Below, one piece after another: positions 25,759 through 35,458 of a DNA stretch of 43,384 bases. The position numbers and the translations under genes were made by a program. Position 1 is the stretch's first letter; each line of letters begins with the position of its first letter. The notes under the pieces were generated by a model. It made no database searches. It was not told the origin of the DNA and saw only the letters and a list, made by a program, of their open reading frames with translations. The stretch is from an uncultured Bacilli bacterium (GTDB taxonomy: Bacteria > Bacillota_I > Bacilli_A > RF39 > UBA660). Location: positions 1 to 43,384 of the forward strand of contig CALVTA010000001.1 of the NCBI GenBank assembly GCA_944359735.1, in the 5' to 3' direction.

Positions 25759-25986
25759 TTAATTGAAATTTACCCTTATATCTAAATCATCATTAATAGT
25801 ATCATAATTAGGTAGGTTATCTAATTTAGTATTAGTTATTTTAGAAATAGTATCAATACTTTGCCTTTTATCGGTTAGTTTTTCAAGCATAGTAAATAAT
25901 TTAGGTAAATATTTATTTATAATATTATATAGACTACAAACTAATAATTTATCTTTTCTTAATTCTCTTTTTTCTTTTCTTGTCAT
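25759..25986 (-). CDS. hypothetical 75-aa protein
   Basis: ORF with a plausible RBS (AAGGTAG 8 nt upstream on the - strand). Basic N-terminus MTRKEKRELRKDK. No recognisable domain. Confidence 0.35.
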   Translation of the reverse strand: MTRKEKRELRKDKLLVCSLYNIINKYLPKLFTMLEKLTDKRQSIDTISKITNTKLDNLPNYDTINDDLDIRVNFN

Positions 25987-26088
25987 ACAATCAACTACCT
26001 TTTATTTATTATATCAGATATTTGATTGCGAAAAAATTTCACTCCTTAAAGCTGGAGTCTTAAACTAAAATAGATTTATAAAAATAAA

Positions 26089-26115
26089 TTGACAAAGTAA
26101 AAAAAGCGATATAAT
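26089..26115 (+). promoter_or_regulatory. candidate promoter for 26148 ORF
   Basis: TTGACA (26089-94) and TATAAT (26110-15), but the spacer is only 15 nt. RBS TGGAGGAGG precedes ATG 26148. Confidence 0.35.
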
Positions 26116-26147
26116 ATAGCTACATTCGATTGGAGGAGGAATAAAGA

Positions 26148-26789
26148 ATGGAAAATAAAATCCAAAAAATGTATAAACGAACAGATGCTTATAAAGAACC
26201 AATAGCTTTTAATTTTAGGATAGAAAACTTTTTTGGTTTAAGAGGTGATTGTGTCGGTGAGGATGGTTGTGTTAAAGTCTTTCAACAAGCTTATCTTGAC
26301 TTAACTGGTGAACTTCTATCAAATGATTATATGAATGCAGTTTTTCCAACAATAAGTGCACATCCAATATCTGATTGGACTATACGTAATTTAGCAAAAA
26401 ATTTTGTTGATATTTGTGATATTAAAGAATATGGATATGAAAAGTTAGCGATTATATGTGACTATTTTAAACGTATAGAACGATCAGTACCGTTTGTAGA
26501 GTTTTATACAAAATTTAATCCAACTATGACTGATGAAGAATTTATTGCATTATGTTCAAGATTAGATGAGATAATTTCAGAAGCAGTAAAAAGTTTTTTA
26601 CTAATAAGAAAACTTGAAGAAGCAAAAAAAGTTTGTGATAAGTTATCAGTAGTATGGCCTGAAGCAAGTGAACATGCTGCAGAGTGTATTATCAAACTAG
26701 AAAATACACCAACATTCTCACAATACATTGTACAAGAAATATCTAAATTACCTGATATGATAGAAATAAAGGAATTCAAAAAAAAATAA
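26148..26789 (+). CDS. hypothetical cytoplasmic protein
   Basis: 213-aa ORF with a strong RBS. No TM and no motif recognised. Confidence 0.55.
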   Translation: MENKIQKMYKRTDAYKEPIAFNFRIENFFGLRGDCVGEDGCVKVFQQAYLDLTGELLSNDYMNAVFPTISAHPISDWTIRNLAKNFVDICDIKEYGYEKLAIICDYFKRIERSVPFVEFYTKFNPTMTDEEFIALCSRLDEIISEAVKSFLLIRKLEEAKKVCDKLSVVWPEASEHAAECIIKLENTPTFSQYIVQEISKLPDMIEIKEFKKK

Positions 26790-26831
26790 TAAATCTTTAA
26801 TATTAATATAAAAAGTTTAAAAAAAAGTATC

Positions 26832-26862
26832 GGCTGTTGACTAAATTAATTTATCAACAGCC
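26832..26862. terminator. 9-bp GC-containing hairpin, orientation ambiguous
   Basis: GGCTGTTGA (26832-40), 13-nt loop, TCAACAGCC (26854-62). The uridine tract lies on the - strand side only (A8 at 26819-26, 5 nt from the stem). Confidence 0.4.
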
Positions 26863-27318
26863 TGAATGATATATGTAAAATAAAATGCATATCTCATTTT
26901 TTATTTAAGTAAATGTCAAGTAAAAAATGGAAATAATTATGTTTAGTTGTAACTATTTACAGTCTAAAGTGAAAAAGTTACTTTTTTACCGTAATTTTCA
27001 ATACTAAATTCCGTTTTTAGGTAAATTATTTTAAATACAAGACTTATTTTTGTTTTGTGTTTTCTTGCATTTTATTTAATAGATAACAAATAAAGATAAA
27101 CTTTATTTGTAAAATAATTATAAAAATAATAAAGTTGTTAATGGTCTAGATGAACTTGAATAATGTTTTTTTGTAGGTGTCAATGATGTGAGACCAAAAA
27201 GTTATAGAAAATATTAATTAGGAAGCTGTGCGTTAGTATAAGCTTCTTTTATTAATAAAGTAAAAAGAAAATAAATAGTATTTGGAATAGTAAAATTTAA
27301 TAAGAAATAAAAAAATGG

Positions 27319-27347
27319 TTGACAAATTATCTTCTTATTAATATAAT
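27319..27347 (+). promoter_or_regulatory. consensus sigma-A promoter of the NAD operon
   Basis: TTGACA (27319-24), exactly 17 nt, TATAAT (27342-47). Confidence 0.65.
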
Positions 27348-27350
27348 GTT

Positions 27351-27377
27351 AATAACAAGTTTAATTACTTGCTTATT
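27351..27377. promoter_or_regulatory. imperfect palindrome just downstream of -10 (candidate operator)
   Basis: AATAACAAGT-TTAATT-ACTTGCTTATT. The perfect core is CAAGT-N6-ACTTG (27356-27371). Confidence 0.3.
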
Positions 27378-27424
27378 TCTTAGTTTTTGATATTAATAAA
27401 AAGTTAATAAGAGGAGGAATGATT

Positions 27425-28012
27425 ATGACGACTAAGAATTTAAAAGTTTATAATAAAGCTTTAATTGTTGTTGATATGGTTAATGGCTTTGTTAAGGAAG
27501 GAGTGTTACATGATAAATCTATTACTAGAGTTATACCTAGACAGATAGAACTTATTAAGGAATATCATAATGAGGGACAGTTAGTTATCTTTATTCAAGA
27601 TACTCATACTAAAGAATCTACGGAACATAAGAGATTTCCTGATTACCATTGTCTTAAAGGTAGTGGAGAAGAGAAAGTGGTTAATGAGTTAAAACCTTTT
27701 ACTCTCTTTAATAATACTATCTGTATACCTAAAAATTCTACAAGTTTTATGGAGGCTCCTATTTTTAGAGAAGTAATGAAGGAGGCTACTAATATAAAAG
27801 AGTTTGATATAGTAGGGTGTTGTACTGATATTTGTGTATGTAATGGTCCTATGGGGCTTGCAAATTATCTTGATGAACATAATAGAGATAGTATTATAAG
27901 AGTACATAAAGATGGTGTGGCAACCTTTGCAGAAGATGATAGACAAAACTATGTAGATTCAGCTTATCTACTTATGGAACAGCAAGGAATTCAGTTAGTT
28001 AAAAAAATTTAG
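27425..28012 (+). CDS. pncA: nicotinamidase (isochorismatase-family cysteine hydrolase)
   Basis: ATG 27425 lies 7 nt after GGAGG (the track starts at 27419). ALIVVDMVNGF (Asp), catalytic Cys in VGCCTDICV. Adjacent to pncB. Confidence 0.8.
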   Translation: MTTKNLKVYNKALIVVDMVNGFVKEGVLHDKSITRVIPRQIELIKEYHNEGQLVIFIQDTHTKESTEHKRFPDYHCLKGSGEEKVVNELKPFTLFNNTICIPKNSTSFMEAPIFREVMKEATNIKEFDIVGCCTDICVCNGPMGLANYLDEHNRDSIIRVHKDGVATFAEDDRQNYVDSAYLLMEQQGIQLVKKI

Positions 28013-28055
28013 AATTTGATATTAATAAGTTGATAAAAAGAAAGGAATGATTTAA

Positions 28056-29525
28056 ATGAAAGAAGAAAATTTAACTTTATTAACTGATTTATATGAACTT
28101 ACTATGATGAATGGATATTTTGATATGAGAAGGGATGAAAGAGTAGTATTTGATGTATTTTATCGTAAGAATCCATCAGATGGCGGATATGCTATTGTAG
28201 CAGGTCTTGAACAAGTAATCGACTATATTAAAAATTTACATTTTGATAGTGATGATATTGAGTACTTAAGAGAATTAGAGCTTTTTGATGAAGAGTTTTT
28301 AAAATATTTAGAAAATTTTAAATTTACTGGTAATATTTATGCCATGAAAGAAGGAACTGTTGTCTTTCCGATGGAACCTTTATTAAAAGTAGAAGCACCT
28401 ATTATAGAAGCTCAACTTGTGGAGACGGCAATCTTAAATATTATTAATCACCAAAGCTTAATTGCTACTAAAGCATCAAGAGTATGTGATGCTGTTAAAG
28501 GTGATGCTGTTATGGAATTTGGACTTAGAAGAGCTCAAGGACCTGATGCAGGTGTATACGGGGCAAGAGCAGCAGTTATTGGAGGATGTGCTTCAACTAG
28601 TAATGTTCTTGCTGGTAAACAATTTAACATTCCTGTCGCTGGTACTCATGCTCACAGCTGGATTATGAGTTTTGATAGTGAATATGAGGCTTTTAAGAAA
28701 TATGCAGAACTTTTTCCAAATAATGCAACTTTACTAGTAGATACTTATGATACTTTAAACTCAGGTGTTCCTAATGCGATAAGAGTATTTAAAGAATTAA
28801 AAGAACAAGGTAATATGCCTAAAAAATATGGAATACGACTAGATAGTGGAGATTTAGCATATCTATCTAAAAAGACACGAATTATGTTAGATGAAGCAGG
28901 ATTTCCTGATGCTACTATTTGTGCTTCTAATGACTTAGATGAATATTTGATTGAAGATTTAAAAAAACAGGGAGCGAAAATAAATCTTTGGGGAGTAGGT
29001 ACAAGCTTGATTACTTCTAAAGATTGTCCTAGCTTTGGAGGAGTTTATAAACTAGCTGCCATTAAAAAATCTGGTGTAGTAATTCCTAAGATTAAACTTA
29101 GTGAGGATAGAGTAAAAATTACTAATCCAGGAGATAAACAAATATTTAGATTCTATGATAAAGAAACTGGTAAAATTAGAGGAGATATTATTGGCTTTGC
29201 AAATGAAAAATATAGTGAAGATGAAACAACAGTAATGTTTGATCCTGTAGATACTTGGAAGAGAAAAGAATTAGAGAAAGGTACTTATACAGTTAGGGAA
29301 TTGTTAGAACCAATATTTATAAATGGGGAATGTGTTTATAAAAGTGATAGTGTGATGAAGCTTAGAGATTACTGTAGTCTGGAAAAAGAAACTTTGAGTG
29401 AAGAGAATAAAAGATTTGTAAATCCTCATCCTGTACATGTTGATTTAAGTTATGATTTATGGAATGTTAAAAATAAAATGATAGATGAAGAAAAGACATT
29501 AGTTAAAAGTAGGGAGAAAAAATGA
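28056..29525 (+). CDS. pncB: nicotinate phosphoribosyltransferase
   Basis: 489 aa. LLTDLYELTMMNGYF N-terminal signature, GTHAHSWIM and LDSGDL. Confidence 0.9.
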   Translation: MKEENLTLLTDLYELTMMNGYFDMRRDERVVFDVFYRKNPSDGGYAIVAGLEQVIDYIKNLHFDSDDIEYLRELELFDEEFLKYLENFKFTGNIYAMKEGTVVFPMEPLLKVEAPIIEAQLVETAILNIINHQSLIATKASRVCDAVKGDAVMEFGLRRAQGPDAGVYGARAAVIGGCASTSNVLAGKQFNIPVAGTHAHSWIMSFDSEYEAFKKYAELFPNNATLLVDTYDTLNSGVPNAIRVFKELKEQGNMPKKYGIRLDSGDLAYLSKKTRIMLDEAGFPDATICASNDLDEYLIEDLKKQGAKINLWGVGTSLITSKDCPSFGGVYKLAAIKKSGVVIPKIKLSEDRVKITNPGDKQIFRFYDKETGKIRGDIIGFANEKYSEDETTVMFDPVDTWKRKELEKGTYTVRELLEPIFINGECVYKSDSVMKLRDYCSLEKETLSEENKRFVNPHPVHVDLSYDLWNVKNKMIDEEKTLVKSREKK

Positions 29526-30112
29526 GAAAAGAGAAGTTAGAAGAGTTACATAGTTATATAGAAGAATTAAAAATAATTAAAAAAATTTTATTAGAAAGAA
29601 GTAATAATTCTTATATAAAAGTAGAAAACTATAACTGTTTACTTAATAACGGTATCACTATCGTAAGAGATAAAATAATTAAAGGTAATAGTAATGGTGA
29701 TGCCGTTGTTACTCTACCTGTTACTAAAGATAATGAGTTCTTATTAATAGTACAACCTAGACCAGTTAAAGAAGGATTTTTAGTAGAATTTCCTGCAGGT
29801 TATGTAGAAGATAAAGAAAATCCTTTGATTTCTGCTAAAAGAGAGCTTATAGAAGAGACAGGTTATTACTCTGATAATATTAAGTATCTTGATTCTTTTT
29901 ATCAAGACCAAGGTTGTAGTGAAGCTTATAACTATGCTTATCTTGCTTTAGACTGTGAAAAGATAAAAGAACAGCAACTAGATAAAGATGAATTTGTTAG
30001 ATATTTCTTGTGTAATTATGATGAAGTATTAGAACTTGTTAAAATGGGGTATATTAAAGATATACAGTCTAAATATGCTTTAGAGTTATCTAAAAAATAT
30101 ATTAAGAGGTGA
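29522..30112 (+). CDS. NUDIX hydrolase, ADP-ribose pyrophosphatase-like
   Basis: ATGA overlap with pncB. Intact Nudix box GYVEDKENPLISAKRELIEETGY. Confidence 0.75.
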   Translation: MRKEKLEELHSYIEELKIIKKILLERSNNSYIKVENYNCLLNNGITIVRDKIIKGNSNGDAVVTLPVTKDNEFLLIVQPRPVKEGFLVEFPAGYVEDKENPLISAKRELIEETGYYSDNIKYLDSFYQDQGCSEAYNYAYLALDCEKIKEQQLDKDEFVRYFLCNYDEVLELVKMGYIKDIQSKYALELSKKYIKR

Positions 30113-31365
30113 TGATGATGAAAAAAATAATTGGTATGACTTTTCCAAGACAAGATGTTACTTTAGGATTAGAACCATCTTTATTAACAGTTCTTCCTGA
30201 TGGAGATAATGTTATGTATTCTATGGAAAATAAAGATTTTGATGATAAGAATGTTGAAAAGTATGCTTGTTCTATTTATATTACAGGTATGAATGAGTTT
30301 AAGAAGTGGGCTTTAAAACATGATAAAAGTAAAATTGTTGTTGGAGGATATGAACCTACTATTAATCCGGAAGAGTTTTTACCTTATGCTTCTAAAGTTA
30401 TTGTAGGTCCTTGTGATGATTTTTATGCAACTATTAAACAAGAGGGAGATATTGTAAAAGGTATTACTAACTATAATAAGATACCTAGATATGATTTATA
30501 TGATATTAGAAATAATCAACAGATTATACCTGATAAATTAAAAGATGATGTTTGTACTTCTATTAATACTTCACAAGGTTGTCCCTTTAATTGTGACTTT
30601 TGTTGTAGTCCATTGATGTGTGATAAGTTAATGTCTAAACCTATAGAGTTAATTGAAGAAGAGATTAATTATTTAAAACAATATAATCCTAAGTACATTT
30701 TTATCCGTGATGAGAACTTTCCTTTACAGAAAGACTTTAAAGAAAGATTAGAAGTTATAAGTGGGCTTGATGCTAAAATATATCTTTTCGCTTCTGCTAA
30801 TCTATTAAATGTAGATACAGTAGAGTTTATGAAGTTACATAATGTTTATATGGTTTGTTTAGGACTTGAAGATATTACTGTTAATTATGCTAAAAATAAA
30901 GAATTAGATAAAGCATGTGATTTACTTCATGAGAATGATATTATGACTTACTTATCTTTTATTGTTAATCCATTAAAAGTACATAGTGAAGAAGAGAGTA
31001 GAGACTTTTATGATAGATTATTAGAAAGATTTTATGAGTTAAAACCTGAAATGGTATGTGGTAACTTTTTAATGCCTTTTAGAGGTACTAAGATATGGGA
31101 TCAATATAAAGATTTAGTTAGTACTGATGATTATGATTTATATACATCTAAAAGTGCTTTCTTAGAGAAAGATTTAGAGATAAGAAAAAGAATGGAATAT
31201 GAGATGTTTTATTATCAGTGGGAATATTATACTTCAAAGTTTTATCAAGATAATGTTAGAGATTTCTTTAAAGAAGATACACTACATTTAAGATTTTTAG
31301 AGTTAAAAGAGGAATTTGAAAAGAAGGGTATTCCTCTTGGTTATCAAAAATGTTTAAGGAGATGA
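30112..31365 (+). CDS. radical SAM protein (class-B-like architecture), unknown function
   Basis: CPFNCDFC (CxxxCxxC) cluster motif. An N-terminal Rossmann-like region of about 150 aa. The start lies in GTGATGATGATG and overlaps the nudix stop (TGA 30110-12). Confidence 0.8.
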   Translation: MMMKKIIGMTFPRQDVTLGLEPSLLTVLPDGDNVMYSMENKDFDDKNVEKYACSIYITGMNEFKKWALKHDKSKIVVGGYEPTINPEEFLPYASKVIVGPCDDFYATIKQEGDIVKGITNYNKIPRYDLYDIRNNQQIIPDKLKDDVCTSINTSQGCPFNCDFCCSPLMCDKLMSKPIELIEEEINYLKQYNPKYIFIRDENFPLQKDFKERLEVISGLDAKIYLFASANLLNVDTVEFMKLHNVYMVCLGLEDITVNYAKNKELDKACDLLHENDIMTYLSFIVNPLKVHSEEESRDFYDRLLERFYELKPEMVCGNFLMPFRGTKIWDQYKDLVSTDDYDLYTSKSAFLEKDLEIRKRMEYEMFYYQWEYYTSKFYQDNVRDFFKEDTLHLRFLELKEEFEKKGIPLGYQKCLRR

Positions 31366-31370
31366 TTAAT

Positions 31371-33290
31371 GTGTTAGAATATGGTTTTGTTAGAGTAGGA
31401 GCAATTGTTAATAAGTTAGTACTTGCTAGCCCTGTTGATAATGCTAAAGAGATAGTTAAAATGATTAGAAAAGCAGATAAAGAAGGTGTATCAATTGTTA
31501 CTACTCCTGAACTTGCTCTTACTGGTTATACTTGTGGGGATTTGTTTTTACAAGATGAATTACTTGAGGAAGTTGAGAAAGCTTTAAGTATTATTTTGGA
31601 AGATACTAAAGATTTAGATATTATTTCTATTATAGGGATGCCGTTAAGATGTAATAATCAACTTTTGAATACTGCTGTTGTTATAGAAAAAGGTAATATT
31701 GTTGGTATTGTTCCTAAAAGTTATATACCTAATTATAGTGAATTTTATGAGAAAAGATGGTTTACTTCTAGTTTTGATTTAAAATACTGTGAAATTAATT
31801 TATTAGGTACTGTAGTTCCTATTTCTACTAAGTTATTATTTAGAGATAAGAAATATAGAGAAGTTACCTTTGCAATAGAAATATGTGAAGATTTATGGAG
31901 TGTTTTTCCTCCTAGTAATAATCATGCTTTAAATGGTGCTTCTATTATCTTTAATTTATCTAGTAGTAATGAGATTGTAGGTAAAGATAGTTATAGAAGA
32001 AATTTAGTTTCTATGCAATCTGCTAAAACATTATCAGGTTATGTATATGTAAGTAGCGGTATTATGGAATCAACTTCTGATTTAGTATTTGGTGGTGCTT
32101 CTTTAATCTATGAAAATGGTAAGTTACTTAAATCTAATAAACGTTTTGAAATAGAAAGTAATTTAATATATACAGATATAGACGTTAAAAGATTAATTAA
32201 TGAAAGGTGTCGTAATAGTAGTTTTGCAGGAAGTTTTTATGATGGAGATTATAAAGTAATAGAAGTTAATGTTAGTGATAGAATAAAGAATCTTGATAGA
32301 AGTTATAAGATGTATCCTTTTATACCTACTAATGATAAAGAGAAAAGATTTGAGGAGATATTAGAGATACAAAGTAGCGGGTTAGCTAGACGTCTTATCC
32401 ATCTAAATAATACTAAGTGTGTTATAGGTATGTCTGGGGGACTTGATTCTACACTTGCTTTTTTAGTTATTGTTAGAGCTTTTAGAAAACTTGAAAGAGA
32501 TAATAAAGATATTATTTGTATAACTATGCCTGGATTTGGTACAACTGATAGAACTTATAAAAATGCTATTTCTTTAGTTAAAGAATATGGTGCTACATTG
32601 AAAGAAATTAGTATTAAAGAGGCAAGTTTACTTCATATGAAAGATATAGGTTTAAATGAGAATGATAGAAGTATTACTTATGAAAATATTCAAGCTAGAG
32701 AAAGAACACAAATTTTAATGGATGTTGCTAATATGGTTGGTGGTATTGTCATTGGTACGGGAGATTTGTCGGAATTAGCTCTTGGTTGGTGTACTTATAA
32801 TGGAGATCATATGAGTATGTACTCTGTTAATTCATCTATCCCTAAGACTTTAGTAAGATATTTAATAGAATGGGTAAAAGATAATAGTACTGATAAGAGA
32901 AAAAAAGTATTACAAGATATTTTGGATACCCCTATTTCTCCTGAACTATTACCTCCAGATGAAGCAGGAAATATTTTACAAAAAACTGAGTCATTTATTG
33001 GTCCTTATGTTTTGCATGATTTTTATCTTTATCATTTTCTAAGGTATGGAGCTTCTGTTAAAAAAATGTATTTTCTTGCTAAAATTACATTTAAAGATAA
33101 TTTTACTAGTAATGAGATAAAAAAATGGTTAACTGTATTTATTAAGAGATTCTTTACCCAACAATTTAAACGTAATTCTATCCCCGATGGTGTTAAGGTA
33201 GGAAGTATTAGTTTATCTCCAAGAGGAGATTTGAGGATGCCTAGTGATGCTAATTATGAAAGTTGGTTAAAGGAATTAGAAGAAATATAG
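31371..33290 (+). CDS. nadE: glutamine-dependent NAD+ synthetase (CN-hydrolase plus synthetase domains)
   Basis: The start is ambiguous (ATG 31350, ATG 31362 or GTG 31371). GTG 31371 lies 9 nt after AAGGAG. N-terminal nitrilase-like domain (FAIEICEDLW) and PP-loop GMSGGLDST. Confidence 0.9.
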   Translation: MLEYGFVRVGAIVNKLVLASPVDNAKEIVKMIRKADKEGVSIVTTPELALTGYTCGDLFLQDELLEEVEKALSIILEDTKDLDIISIIGMPLRCNNQLLNTAVVIEKGNIVGIVPKSYIPNYSEFYEKRWFTSSFDLKYCEINLLGTVVPISTKLLFRDKKYREVTFAIEICEDLWSVFPPSNNHALNGASIIFNLSSSNEIVGKDSYRRNLVSMQSAKTLSGYVYVSSGIMESTSDLVFGGASLIYENGKLLKSNKRFEIESNLIYTDIDVKRLINERCRNSSFAGSFYDGDYKVIEVNVSDRIKNLDRSYKMYPFIPTNDKEKRFEEILEIQSSGLARRLIHLNNTKCVIGMSGGLDSTLAFLVIVRAFRKLERDNKDIICITMPGFGTTDRTYKNAISLVKEYGATLKEISIKEASLLHMKDIGLNENDRSITYENIQARERTQILMDVANMVGGIVIGTGDLSELALGWCTYNGDHMSMYSVNSSIPKTLVRYLIEWVKDNSTDKRKKVLQDILDTPISPELLPPDEAGNILQKTESFIGPYVLHDFYLYHFLRYGASVKKMYFLAKITFKDNFTSNEIKKWLTVFIKRFFTQQFKRNSIPDGVKVGSISLSPRGDLRMPSDANYESWLKELEEI

Positions 33291-33338
33291 GTAAGTCTTA
33301 TAAAAAGCATTAAATTTGTGGAAGGAATGAAACTTAAT

Positions 33339-33959
33339 ATGAAAATCGGTATATTTGGTGGCAGTTTTAATCCACCTCATAAGATGCATAAAGCAATCGC
33401 TCATAATTTGATAAAAGATCATTATGTAGATAAGATTATATTTGTACCTACAGGTATTAAATATAAATATAAAAGTAATCTTTTAAATGATAAAGTAAGA
33501 TTTAATATGTTGAATTTAATGTGTAAAAATAATAAAAAATTGGAAGTTAGTGATTATGAGTTAAAAAATAGAGTGGTTTATACTTATGAAACACTAAATT
33601 ATTTTAAAGAAAAATATAAAGATGATGATATTTATTTTATATGTGGTACAGATAATTTAAGTTATATAGATAGATGGAAGAATGGTTTAGAAATTTTAAA
33701 AAATAATAAGTTATTAGTTATTAAGAGAAATGGTGATGATCTAAAAAAAATATTAGAAAAATATAAAGATTATAATGATAATATCATTATTACAAATATT
33801 AAAGAAAATGAAATATCTTCTACTAAAATTAGAGAAATGATTTATAATAATAAAGAGGTAGATGAATATTTAGAAGATAGAGTCTATTCATATATTAAGA
33901 AAAATAGGTTGTATATAATGAATGAAAAGACAACTATATACAAGTCAAGACTTAAATAA
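33339..33959 (+). CDS. nadD: nicotinate-nucleotide adenylyltransferase
   Basis: MKIGIFGGSFNPPHKMH (GxFxPxHxxH) and ISSTKIRE. The track starts at GTG 33318. Confidence 0.9.
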   Translation: MKIGIFGGSFNPPHKMHKAIAHNLIKDHYVDKIIFVPTGIKYKYKSNLLNDKVRFNMLNLMCKNNKKLEVSDYELKNRVVYTYETLNYFKEKYKDDDIYFICGTDNLSYIDRWKNGLEILKNNKLLVIKRNGDDLKKILEKYKDYNDNIIITNIKENEISSTKIREMIYNNKEVDEYLEDRVYSYIKKNRLYIMNEKTTIYKSRLK

Positions 33960-34044
33960 CAATTTTTTATGAAAGAGTTTGAAAATATAGAATTGATAAA
34001 ATTAAGGCATGACAAAAACAACTAAAAACAATATTTTTTTAAAT

Positions 34045-35247
34045 TTAGTTCTTGTTGTCTCTAATGTGGTCGTATCTAATGTAGTCTCTATCTTCTTTAA
34101 GAATATAGTAGATTATTGTTAAAAGTTTACGACTAATGCCTGCTAAGGCAACAAAATGGTGTTTACCCTCAGATATTTTCTTATCATAATAAGCTCTTAA
34201 TTCTGGTTCGTTTGATATAGCAACTAAACTTGCATTATAAATTGCATGACGAAGATAAGGAGAACCTCTTTTAGAAGTTTTCTCATTAGTAGAGAGTTTA
34301 TTACCAGATTGATTTTCAGAAGGATCAATGCCAGCAAAAGCAATCAGTTTACTGGGTTTATCAAAGTTATTAATGTCACCAATTTCTGATAGAATAATAG
34401 GGGCAATAGTACTGCCAACCCCAGGAACTGATAAAAGATGATTATCTAATTTATCATAAAGTTCTTTGATTTGTTTATCAACTTCATCAATTTGACTTTC
34501 TAAAAAAATAATTTGATTAATAAGTTGTTTAATTTCAAAGGAACAAGCATCAGTAGTAAATTTAATACCAAAAGATGATTTTGCAACATCTTTAATGTGA
34601 AGAGCAGTATTTTTATTAAATTTACCCTTAGAATACTTAGATAATAAATTAGATAGTTTAGTAGTAGAAATCTTGATAATGTCATCAGGAGTTGGACAAG
34701 TTAAAAGTAATTGTTTAGAAGTTACACCAAAGGTATTACAAAAAAGTTTCTTGTGCTCTGGGAAAACCTTATCTAATAAGCCAATAATTTGAACTTTTAA
34801 GGAAGCAACATTAGTAACAATATTTGATCTAAAACGAGTTAATTGTTTCAAAGAAAGCAAGTTATCTTCAGGTAATTTAGAATCTTTAGAACCAAAGACT
34901 CTTAAATAGTCAGCAATAATAATAGAATCAATGATGTCATTCTTTTGTTTTCTATTATTGTAAGCACCTCGATAAGATTTAATTTGATAAGGATTATAAA
35001 CAGATACAGGAAAGCCATTATCAGTTAAAGCAGAATATAAGCTTAACCAGTAATGTCCTGTCGCTTCCATTGCAACTTCGATATTACTTAAATCTTTAAG
35101 CTTATCCTGAATAGTAGTTAAGAGTTTGTTAAAACCTTCTTTGCTATTTGTAAATTTAATTGCCCTTATAATAACGTCTCCATTATTGTTAATTAAAGTG
35201 GCAACATGATTAGTTTTGGCAATATCAATACCTAAATAATAATTCAT
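34045..35247 (-). CDS. IS110-family transposase/recombinase
   Basis: N-terminal YLGIDIAKTNHVA (DEDD/RuvC-like). C-terminal SVPGVGSTIAPIILSEIGDINNF...FAGIDPSENQSG...SKRGSPYLRHAIY (Transposase_20-type). Confidence 0.9.
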   Translation of the reverse strand: MNYYLGIDIAKTNHVATLINNNGDVIIRAIKFTNSKEGFNKLLTTIQDKLKDLSNIEVAMEATGHYWLSLYSALTDNGFPVSVYNPYQIKSYRGAYNNRKQKNDIIDSIIIADYLRVFGSKDSKLPEDNLLSLKQLTRFRSNIVTNVASLKVQIIGLLDKVFPEHKKLFCNTFGVTSKQLLLTCPTPDDIIKISTTKLSNLLSKYSKGKFNKNTALHIKDVAKSSFGIKFTTDACSFEIKQLINQIIFLESQIDEVDKQIKELYDKLDNHLLSVPGVGSTIAPIILSEIGDINNFDKPSKLIAFAGIDPSENQSGNKLSTNEKTSKRGSPYLRHAIYNASLVAISNEPELRAYYDKKISEGKHHFVALAGISRKLLTIIYYILKEDRDYIRYDHIRDNKN

Positions 35248-35269
35248 AAAATCAACTCCAATTCTTGAT

Positions 35270-35458
35270 ATTTAAGATAGAGGCAATGCCCTCAGTACCT
35301 TTACAAAGATATAACCTCGCAATGAAAGGCAAAAGATAACAATCTAGTCCTTATACAACTTATTAATATCCAATTTGTAAAGAAGAGGCTTTAGTCTTAC
35401 TTAAGAACCAAATGTTCAAGGAGGGAGCTAAAACCACTCTATCTCTACAGACATTATA
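35270..35458 (-). ncRNA. candidate IS110 bridge RNA in the 5' non-coding end
   Basis: About 200 nt upstream of the transposase ATG is visibly richer in G/C than its surroundings. TATAAT on the - strand at 35453-35458. Perfect 8-nt long-range complement: plus-strand TTTACAAA (35300-07) and TTTGTAAA (35374-81). Confidence 0.3.

Noticed and set aside
25759-25986. Small - strand ORF considered as an N-terminal transposase remnant (LTDKRQ is loosely reminiscent of ISAs1-type DDE_Tnp_1_assoc motifs)
   Set aside because: I could not align more than three or four residues to any transposase family I know, so it is left as hypothetical.
26927-27007. 26-codon ORF (MEIIMFSCNYLQSKVKKLLFYRNFQY) in the AT-rich junction
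   Set aside because: It has no RBS and is of a length expected by chance in AT-rich DNA.
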